The notes below the pieces were generated by a model. That model ran no database searches and had not been told where the DNA came from. It worked only from the letters and a program-made list of their open reading frames with translations. A DNA stretch of 41,074 nucleotides, from positions 5,076 to 46,149 of the forward strand of contig CAZDYX010000002.1 of assembly GCA_964509775.1 (NCBI GenBank), read 5' to 3'. Origin of the DNA: an uncultured Desulfobulbia bacterium. GTDB taxonomy: Bacteria; Desulfobacterota; Desulfobulbia; Desulfobulbales; CAZDYX01. Below are positions 18,337 through 25,440 of this stretch, piece after piece. The translations under genes were made by a program, and so were the position numbers. How positions within the stretch are numbered: position 1 is the stretch's first letter; every line of letters starts with the position of its first letter.

Positions 18337-19095
18337 TTAGCAGTTTTGTCTACCGGCAATTTTGTTTTTAACTGAAATAAAAAACCTCGAAAAAGATGAT
18401 TTCTCTGTTCTCATTTTGGCGTTATCTTTCTTTAAGCCAATAATCTTAGGCTTAAAAGGTAAAGACATTCCTTCAGGATAACAATAGGCTGGGGTCAGTT
18501 CGACTGAAGGTGGATAATCTGCAAAGAAACGATTGAGATGACTCTCATCGTGCCATTTTGCTATTATGTCTCGATTGAGGTCGGTATTAATGCACTCAGC
18601 CAGTTCAGCGGCAATTGCCATAAAGTTGGCGGTCCTTCCACCAAAAAATGCCGCTTGATAGTAGCGTCGACCTTTATCAGGGGATATATAGGCCTTCGAA
18701 TCTTGCCTCTCCTCATAACCGACGAGCATTCCCCGTGGTTTGTCATAGAATAAAGGATGGACGGTGCCAACGGTTTCCCCAATAACTTCTTCCCCAACCT
18801 TATCAACAAATCGCATATCAGCATCACAATAATACAGGTAATCCATCTCCTCCAAGTGCTGCCTTTGACTGAGAAACATGTGAAATCTTAACAAAGTCGA
18901 CATTGGCCATGGGCGATGCTTAACAAGGAATTTGGTCACACCATCTGGCAGTGAAGCGGATTTGTCTGTGAAAACAAACGGTGTGACTCGATACCCTGGT
19001 AGTGGTAAAAAAAATCGTTTTGATGACTCCAATAAAGGTTCAACGAAATCAAAATATTTGCTTGTAGCTATTATTAGTAGACCAACTTTAACCAT
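18337..19095 (-). CDS. Glycosyltransferase family 6 (ABO / alpha-1,3-galactosyltransferase-like)
   Basis: Collinear GT6 motifs: VGLLIIATSKYFDFVEPLLESSKRFF, YVFTD-like FVFTDK, DYLYYCDADMRF (DxD at 18817..18825), TVHPLFY, YEERQDSKAYI, RRYYQAAFFGG and AKWHDESHLNRFF...LTPAYCYPEG. Confidence 0.9.
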   Translation of the reverse strand: MVKVGLLIIATSKYFDFVEPLLESSKRFFLPLPGYRVTPFVFTDKSASLPDGVTKFLVKHRPWPMSTLLRFHMFLSQRQHLEEMDYLYYCDADMRFVDKVGEEVIGETVGTVHPLFYDKPRGMLVGYEERQDSKAYISPDKGRRYYQAAFFGGRTANFMAIAAELAECINTDLNRDIIAKWHDESHLNRFFADYPPSVELTPAYCYPEGMSLPFKPKIIGLKKDNAKMRTEKSSFSRFFISVKNKIAGRQNC

Positions 19096-19284
19096 TTCAA
19101 TCTCACTTAGACATCAGACCTGAGTAAAGGCGACATCTCCCTCCACTGAAGCGTATGCGCCCTTGTTGTTTTATTAAGCTCTTCATCGCAAGTTGCTCTC
19201 CAGATTGCCAGTTTTGCATCCCATAAAAAGTCGGCTGGAAAAGTCCAAGGTTTTCTAGACTAAGGTATTCAACTTTAAGTTGTT

Positions 19285-20067
19285 TCATAAACACCCCCTG
19301 CCATTGTTAACGGTATGGTTTTTTTGGGCAACCATAGTACAATAGGGTGCAAATGCTGCCGTCCCTTGAGGAATTAATCGAATCACCCATCTCCTCTGCC
19401 AACGTGCTATGAAACTTAATGCTCTATTTTGCAGAGGTGTCCTTGACTGATTTCCAACCCAGAACAGAAATCTCCCAGTATAGCCGGCATGCTTGATCCG
19501 AAACCCCCTGCTTTCAACTATCTTGGCCCATCGCTTGGGAGACATGGAGTCAAGATTATGACCTTGTAAATTTTTATTGTCCAGCCATCTATGCAATAAC
19601 CTTTGAACAATCCCTTGAAAATTCGGGACGGATATTATAAGAAGCCCACCAGGACGTACGAGATTTGCATGTTGTTCGAGAATAGCAGGCCAATCGATAA
19701 AATGCTCTATAAACCCAATAGAATAGACAAGATCAAAAGACTCTTTTTGCTTGAAATCCAGGAAGTCTTCCCGTAAAAAACTGCCAGTAATGCATCCCTG
19801 CTCCCGGAGCCATAATACAAGTCTATCATCAACACCAGGAGTGAGATCAATTCCGTTAACTTCGTACCCCCTCTGTCCCATCACAGCTAAATATCGGCCG
19901 GGATAACAACCAATTTCAATACAGCGTTTTGAACCCTTCGGTATTACAGTCGGAACGACACTTTCGAACCATTGTCTTAAAAGATCTTCCTTTTTGACCA
20001 CTTGCAAAGGATAAGCAAGATATTGTTCATCCCAAAAAGATTGGGAGATTAAATTGTTTTTGATCAT
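19285..20067 (-). CDS. Class I SAM-dependent methyltransferase
   Basis: CIEIGCYPGRYLAVMGQRGYEVNGIDL (motif I), FDLVYSIGFIEHF and VRPGGLLIISVPN. It has an ATGA overlap with the upstream gene. Confidence 0.8.
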   Translation of the reverse strand: MIKNNLISQSFWDEQYLAYPLQVVKKEDLLRQWFESVVPTVIPKGSKRCIEIGCYPGRYLAVMGQRGYEVNGIDLTPGVDDRLVLWLREQGCITGSFLREDFLDFKQKESFDLVYSIGFIEHFIDWPAILEQHANLVRPGGLLIISVPNFQGIVQRLLHRWLDNKNLQGHNLDSMSPKRWAKIVESRGFRIKHAGYTGRFLFWVGNQSRTPLQNRALSFIARWQRRWVIRLIPQGTAAFAPYCTMVAQKNHTVNNGRGCL

Positions 20068-20783
20068 GCAGTGTATCCTGGTAATGGTTGAAAGGGCCTA
20101 ATCTTTTTTCGAGGACATAAAATGGATTCCATAATTCGATATGGAATGCTGGGACGACCAGTGCCACCATTTAACCAATCGGCAACATCAAACCTTTGTT
20201 TATATAGAAAACGATACTTCATTAAATCAGTTACATACGGCCAGTCACGACACTCTTTAATCCAGACGACCGATGACAAAGACAAACACTTCGATGAAAA
20301 ACAGACCTTATGCCGATAATCCAATGCATCAAACCTCTCTATCAATTGCAGAGTGGAAAGCTCTCGTTCTATGAAGACTATTCTCAAATTATCCCAGTTA
20401 ATCCGCTGACAACGTCGTTTCCATTTAGAAGTTGCTTCAGAGGAATCGGGATAATGAATGAAGTGCAACTCAATATCCGGCCCTATCACTCCGATAGGAT
20501 AGGGCGCTGAAATACTTCTCATTTCATTCGCCATGTGATAGCGTGATTCGTCAATAAATCGAAGGGGCGACTCGATATACTCTCGAAGATTTTCAAGCAT
20601 CTTAAGAAAACATGGCGGATAGAGAAACAAGCCCGCAAAGGGACTCGTATATGGCATATCCAACTGTTGACAAAGAACCCCTCCCCAGCAATTATTGCTG
20701 ATAATTGAAAAGCTTTTGTCTTGTACACGCTTACGCAACACTCTATCATCAAGCCAGAGGCGCATTTCATTTACGGTCTTCAT
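20064..20783 (-). CDS. DUF1919-family exopolysaccharide-locus protein
   Basis: FSIISNNCWGGVLCQQLDMPYTSPFAGLFL matches the conserved N-terminal block of DUF1919 as I recall it. Function is unknown. Confidence 0.6.
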   Translation of the reverse strand: MKTVNEMRLWLDDRVLRKRVQDKSFSIISNNCWGGVLCQQLDMPYTSPFAGLFLYPPCFLKMLENLREYIESPLRFIDESRYHMANEMRSISAPYPIGVIGPDIELHFIHYPDSSEATSKWKRRCQRINWDNLRIVFIERELSTLQLIERFDALDYRHKVCFSSKCLSLSSVVWIKECRDWPYVTDLMKYRFLYKQRFDVADWLNGGTGRPSIPYRIMESILCPRKKIRPFQPLPGYTA

Positions 20784-20794
20784 AACAATTTTAT

Positions 20795-22075
20795 TCAGTT
20801 ATCACTTTGGACAGTGACCTTCCAAGGTAAATCAACAAGTACCGATCCCAGTTGAGCCACATGTGCCATTCGGTAGCTTGGTAATCCTGAGGGAGTAACA
20901 TCGAAAAAGATGACTTCTTTTTGATATTGATGACAAACTAGATTCTGCTGCTGTATACCTACAGCCACAGAGTACTTCCCTGGGGCCAGAAAAAGCGGCG
21001 GTATTTGAATTTCAGCCACAAAATTTCCGATATCAAACGTTTGGAGTCCTTTGTTGTCGCCTGCAGAAGTACTTTGAAAGAGCATATGCCCATGATTATC
21101 GTACACATAAAAATAGATTTCAAGCCGTTCAAGTTTTAACGCGACAGTGAAACACAGGCGGACAGTAATTTCTTCATCACAGTCAAAGGTTTCTTTGGGT
21201 TTTCTACCATTGTCCAAAAGGCTTATCTCAGTGTGTTTCGCTGGTGCATCCGACGCGGATATCCGGGCAAAACCTTGCTGTGCCCTCCTTTCTCCAAGTC
21301 TATAGTGATCAATTACCTCATCAGTCTTACCCTCGATCTCCACCATTCCCTTATTTAAAAGTATAGATCTACTGCACAGTGCTTTTATTGCAGCCATGTT
21401 ATGACTGACAAACAGCACTGTACGCCCCGCTTTGGCCACCTTTTCCATCTTGCCCAGACATTTTTCCTGAAACTCCATATCTCCAACGGCCAAAACTTCA
21501 TCTATGACAAGAATCTCCGGTTCCAGATGTGCAGCAACTGCAAACGCCAGACGTACATACATGCCACTCGAATATCTCTTAACTGGGGTATCTATATGAT
21601 TTTCAACACCAGAAAAGTCTATTATCTCCTCAAGCTTTGAACTTATCTCCCTCTTGGACATGCCAAGAATGGCACCATTCATATAGATATTTTCTCTCCC
21701 GGTCAACTCAGCGTGAAAACCAGTTCCAACCTCGAGAAGGCTAGCAATACGACCTTTAATCTTAATACACCCCCTGGAGGGCGCAGTAACACGAGAGAGA
21801 ATTTTCAGAAGTGTTGACTTACCAGCCCCATTGCGACCAATAATTCCTAGGATTTCTCCCCGTGCGACTTTAAAATTAATATCACGAAGAGCCCAGAAAT
21901 GATCGCCCTCGATCTGCTTCTCCTGTCCAAGCTGCATTGAGGATATTCTTTTATTCGGATCATCTTTTCCTCGTATTCTTGCCCACCAAGACTGCAGGTC
22001 GTGAGTTAAGGTGCCGTGCCCGATAACACCGAGCCGATACTCTTTCCAAAGGTTCTCTATTTGAATGACGTCCAT
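20795..22075 (-). CDS. wzt: Polysaccharide ABC exporter ATP-binding protein with C-terminal carbohydrate-binding extension
   Basis: Walker A GIIGRNGAGKSTLLK, ABC signature YSSGMYVRLAFAVA and Walker B ILVIDEVLAVGD. About 175 extra C-terminal residues have beta-strand-rich sequence like the Wzt C-terminal domain. Confidence 0.9.
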   Translation of the reverse strand: MDVIQIENLWKEYRLGVIGHGTLTHDLQSWWARIRGKDDPNKRISSMQLGQEKQIEGDHFWALRDINFKVARGEILGIIGRNGAGKSTLLKILSRVTAPSRGCIKIKGRIASLLEVGTGFHAELTGRENIYMNGAILGMSKREISSKLEEIIDFSGVENHIDTPVKRYSSGMYVRLAFAVAAHLEPEILVIDEVLAVGDMEFQEKCLGKMEKVAKAGRTVLFVSHNMAAIKALCSRSILLNKGMVEIEGKTDEVIDHYRLGERRAQQGFARISASDAPAKHTEISLLDNGRKPKETFDCDEEITVRLCFTVALKLERLEIYFYVYDNHGHMLFQSTSAGDNKGLQTFDIGNFVAEIQIPPLFLAPGKYSVAVGIQQQNLVCHQYQKEVIFFDVTPSGLPSYRMAHVAQLGSVLVDLPWKVTVQSDN

Positions 22076-22142
22076 TGATAATCTAAATGAGTCCCAAAAA
22101 GGAAACAGATTTCATCTTGTTGTATAATTATGTTGGTTCTAC

Positions 22143-23009
22143 TTACACCGTGTCCATAAATGTCTTTTCTATCCGACTAAACAATATTACTCCGAAAAAC
22201 AGCAAGATCAGGGTGACACTCCAGCTAATGCTAATGTGGCTCAATCTTAGGGCACTTGCTCCAAAGAACGCATAACGGAAACTTTCAACAATCGCTACCA
22301 TCGGATTAAGAACATAATATGGAAGCAACCACTCTGGAATTTGGCTCAGCGGATACACGATAGGAGTACCATACATCCAGAGTTGGACCAGAAACCCCAT
22401 GGCAAATTTCAAATCTTTGTATTTAGTTGTCAAAGAAGACAAGAGAATACCGAGTCCGAAGCTGAGCAATGCCATCTGCACTAAAATGAGCGGCAGACCA
22501 AGTATCCAGAAATTCGGTACTACCGCAACTCCTTTCGCTAAAAAATATATATAGAAACCCAGAAAAAGAAAAAATTGAATAAAAAACTGTAGAAAATTCA
22601 CTAATACCGTGGCGATAGGTACGGTCAGACGGGGGAAATACACTTTGCCAAAAATAGATGCATTAGCGTTGAATGTACTCGATGTAGTGTTCAAACTTGC
22701 AGAGAAATAACCCCATAAAACATTTCCCGCCATATAGAAGAGAAAAGGAGGTAATCCGTCGGTTGAAATCTTTGCAACTTTACCGAAAATTATTGTGAAA
22801 ACAATTGTCGCAAATAACGGTTGAATAATGAACCAAAGCGGACCAAGGATCGTTTGCTTGTAATACGTCACAAAGTCTCTTTTTACAAACATTCCAATAA
22901 GATCTCGGTAACGCCACAACTCTCTGAGATTAATATCAAACCAACCTGTTTTCGGTTTAATCACCATATCCCATTGCTGGGTGGTTTCCATTGTCTGCAT
23001 GTTACCCAT
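22143..23009 (-). CDS. wzm: ABC-2 type polysaccharide exporter permease
   Basis: RELWRYRDLIGMFVKRDFVTYYKQTILGPLWFIIQP is the typical Wzm/ABC-2 N-terminal block, followed by about 6 hydrophobic segments. The track start at 23072 is a GTG. ATGs at 23009, 23000 and 22991 are likelier starts. Confidence 0.85.
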   Translation of the reverse strand: MGNMQTMETTQQWDMVIKPKTGWFDINLRELWRYRDLIGMFVKRDFVTYYKQTILGPLWFIIQPLFATIVFTIIFGKVAKISTDGLPPFLFYMAGNVLWGYFSASLNTTSSTFNANASIFGKVYFPRLTVPIATVLVNFLQFFIQFFLFLGFYIYFLAKGVAVVPNFWILGLPLILVQMALLSFGLGILLSSLTTKYKDLKFAMGFLVQLWMYGTPIVYPLSQIPEWLLPYYVLNPMVAIVESFRYAFFGASALRLSHISISWSVTLILLFFGVILFSRIEKTFMDTV

Positions 23010-23174
23010 TTTTTTCTTAAATAATAAACCAAACTTATAAGTGGGTTTCTCTAAACAACTTACCCAATCCACATATTATGCTTTTTGAATCTTTCGACTC
23101 ATTGCTTAAAACAATGCTATAGATCCTGACCTAAATTATCCTGCAAATCGCAGCCTTCCATGCTCAAGAATGTG

Positions 23175-23454
23175 TTAACGGAGCGATGCGTTGACTATTG
23201 ATTTAAGATGAATAATATCAAATAAATAGGGGGATATTTGCTTCCTCTTCCAAACATCTTTGAAAGGCGCTGACGGTCTGAGGGGTAAGCGATATGCCAA
23301 AGACTGCCAAGTCAATATCAGATCCTTTTTTGGCATTTCCCAATACTCTCGACCTAAACACTTCAATTCTTTCAATTTCCTGGAATTTTGCAGAAATTTC
23401 TAACAAAGTTTTGATAACACTCTCATGCAGGTCAATTTCTGTTTCAACCATCAT
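23175..23454 (-). pseudogene. Minimal nucleotidyltransferase (MNT, HI0073-like), frameshifted
   Basis: RSRVLGNAKKGSDIDLAVFG is the NTase motif. The reading frame breaks at a G5 run (23229..23233; C5 on the coding strand). Removing one base joins ..LEEEANIP to YLFDIIHLKSIVNASLR, restoring a family-like 92-aa protein. Confidence 0.7.
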
Positions 23455-23701
23455 TCTGCCCTGCGAACCAATCCAATAAAAACTGCATATGCTTATAATA
23501 CGCTTCTGATATCAAAGTGTATGCCTGCATTGCTAATTGTTCATCATATGTGTGAGCCATCAGATTCCGTTTGCTGAGTGAGCATGTCCAACCAAATCTC
23601 ACCATCTGGAAAGAATACCATGATGAAAAGTCAGCTTTACAACATCTCTTGGGGAAGAACAAAAAACACCCTGTGATTCCAAGTGATACGCCTTCCTGCA
23701 A
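23444..23701 (-). pseudogene. HEPN-domain (HI0074-like) protein remnant
   Basis: The C-terminal KRNLMAHTYDEQLA carries the R-x4-H HEPN motif. The ORF begins at a TTG, and an in-frame TGA lies just upstream (..MDVLKTTR*RQRYQNLNREFLLLQEG..). The N-terminal half is shortened relative to the family as I recall it. It overlaps the MNT gene by 11 nt. Confidence 0.55.
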
Positions 23702-23863
23702 TAGTAAAAATTCCCGATTCAGGTTCTGATATCGCTGGCGTCACCTGGTTGTTTTCAGTACATCCATTGTTGATTTTTTGCATTATGCGTTTTAGCCGAT
23801 TTTTTTAAGATTGCTTTACACGAATACATCGACCGATGTTTTTTTCGCATAACAAATAAAAGG

Positions 23864-24577
23864 CTAGAAACCCTCGTATAACGAATTATCTCGACCAAAC
23901 AAGATATCATCCGCGATTATTTTAATGTCGTTTTCGAATTGCTCTTTATTCGGTAATTTTATCCACTTGATTGCATCAAAATAGCGCATGGGAAACGACA
24001 TCAATAACTCGTAAACGACTTCAGGTTCCACCCCCATTTCTTTACTTTTTGCTTCTGCTACAAGTGTCTTCCAATTGAATTTCAAACACTTGGCGATAGC
24101 ATGAATATCGGCAACATCTTTTGGTTCAGATCTAAAAAGAGCGGTAATCTTATTCGACAACATATTAGAAAGATTATCTATTTTCCCAAATACCGGATCA
24201 TCGGTAACCTTCCCGTAATACTGCGCAACATCATTCACTAAATCAATTTTCAACTCTACGCTTGGATCTTTAATGTCTACGACAAAAATCTTGGTAAAAT
24301 CTTTACTGCGATGCAATTCTTTCCGATCTATTCCGAAAAGACCTTCATTTTCCGCTTCAAACAATAACCTCAGGAGCGTATTTACATACATCAAATATTT
24401 AGCGTCATTAATGACAAAGAAATCAAGATCATCAGAATATCGATGATGCGTATAAAAACGACTAAGTGCTGTACCACCGGTTAGAAAAAAGGGTGTCTTT
24501 GACTTCTGAATGATACTCAAGACCCCATTTTGCAAAGGATACAGACTCTCCTCGTAGTATTTTGCCAAGTCGTTCAT
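23864..24577 (-). CDS. AbiEii/AbiGii-family nucleotidyltransferase (type IV toxin-like)
   Basis: YYEESLYPLQNGVLSIIQKSKTPFFLTGGTALSRFYTHHRYSDDLDFF is the characteristic N-terminal NTase block. The track start at 24628 is a TTG, so the ATG at 24577 is preferred. Confidence 0.8.
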   Translation of the reverse strand: MNDLAKYYEESLYPLQNGVLSIIQKSKTPFFLTGGTALSRFYTHHRYSDDLDFFVINDAKYLMYVNTLLRLLFEAENEGLFGIDRKELHRSKDFTKIFVVDIKDPSVELKIDLVNDVAQYYGKVTDDPVFGKIDNLSNMLSNKITALFRSEPKDVADIHAIAKCLKFNWKTLVAEAKSKEMGVEPEVVYELLMSFPMRYFDAIKWIKLPNKEQFENDIKIIADDILFGRDNSLYEGF

Positions 24578-24851
24578 ATTTGACTCTTTGCTCCGGGAAA
24601 CGTAAGTGACTGAGGACATCAGGTACAAGCCATTTTTCTAACGTTGAACGATCAAGCAACTCAAGTAAGTCGTACCAGCTCAACCTTTCCAGCATACGAA
24701 TAAGCAGATGCTGAAAATCCCAATGCCCGGCATGAGAGGCCTTTCCAGTGATCACGGCATACATTTCTTCGGGGGAAATATTATAATCCCAAGCAAGTCG
24801 TTTCAAACAGCGATATTGTTGCTCTTTCATAACGTGCTCAGTTCCCCTCAC
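24462..24851 (-). CDS. Small protein upstream of AbiEii (candidate cognate antitoxin), family unknown
   Basis: 129-aa ORF with a GTG start in a GTGA overlap with the regulator's stop, or an ATG start at 24830. I recognised no domain. Its 3' end overlaps the AbiEii gene by about 115 nt in another frame. Confidence 0.5.
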   Translation of the reverse strand: MRGTEHVMKEQQYRCLKRLAWDYNISPEEMYAVITGKASHAGHWDFQHLLIRMLERLSWYDLLELLDRSTLEKWLVPDVLSHLRFPEQRVKYERLGKILRGESVSFAKWGLEYHSEVKDTLFSNRWYST

Positions 24852-25363
24852 TTACCCCTTAATCCGGCCAGCAAACTCACCAGAGGATTACCCAGAACTC
24901 GCTCCAACCCGCTTTGCAGTTTTTTTGCTCTGACGATTCTTTGTTTTAAAAATGCCATTTCTCCATTTACAGGAGAATTTTCTGGAATCTCTTTTAACAG
25001 GTTGAGACTATCATCCAACTCATCACCGAAAAGCTCTATTTTTTGTCGAACGACTGATAACAGACCTTGTTGCAGTGCTTTGCCTATATTTTCTGCGCTT
25101 TTATAGTAATTGCGTTTATCACCGCTCTTCCAAACCTTTCTCGCTAAGCCAAGTTGTTCGAGTTGACGGACTGCGATACTCACCGAGGCCTTGCTAAGCC
25201 CCAGATCCTCGGCGATGCCATCAAGCGAGGCCTCATCTTCCCTCAAATACAGATAGATAAGGATTTGCCCGACAATTCGCCCAGTACCAAGATCCTGTGA
25301 AGTTCTACCGCCGGTCTCGATCAGGCGCATGCGGGCTTCTTGAAGTTTTTTCTCGTCTTCCAT
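24848..25363 (-). CDS. GbsR/MarR-family winged-helix transcriptional regulator
   Basis: LIETGGRTSQDLGTGRIVGQILIYLYLREDEASLDGIAEDLGLSKASVSIAVRQLEQLGLARKVWKSGDKRNYY matches the GbsR-type wHTH layout. Confidence 0.75.
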   Translation of the reverse strand: MEDEKKLQEARMRLIETGGRTSQDLGTGRIVGQILIYLYLREDEASLDGIAEDLGLSKASVSIAVRQLEQLGLARKVWKSGDKRNYYKSAENIGKALQQGLLSVVRQKIELFGDELDDSLNLLKEIPENSPVNGEMAFLKQRIVRAKKLQSGLERVLGNPLVSLLAGLRGK

Positions 25364-25372
25364 TTTTTGATC

Positions 25373-25390
25373 TTTTAGAATTTTCTAAAA
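25373..25390. promoter_or_regulatory. Perfect 8-2-8 palindrome, candidate operator of the GbsR/MarR gene
   Basis: TTTTAGAA-TT-TTCTAAAA lies 10-27 nt upstream of the ATG at 25363, within a 77-bp intergenic region that also contains TTGCAA/TTGGCA -35-like hexamers on the coding strand. Confidence 0.4.
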
Positions 25391-25440
25391 CTTACAAAAA
25401 CCTGCCAACACTTGCAACAGATAAATCAGGTCTCACCGCA

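Noticed and set aside
19103-19294. 63-aa ORF filling the gap between the GT6 gene and the methyltransferase at 19285..20067.
   Set aside because: It has no recognisable motif and overlaps the upstream gene's end. At this length in this frame, chance is a sufficient explanation, and there is insufficient evidence for a gene.
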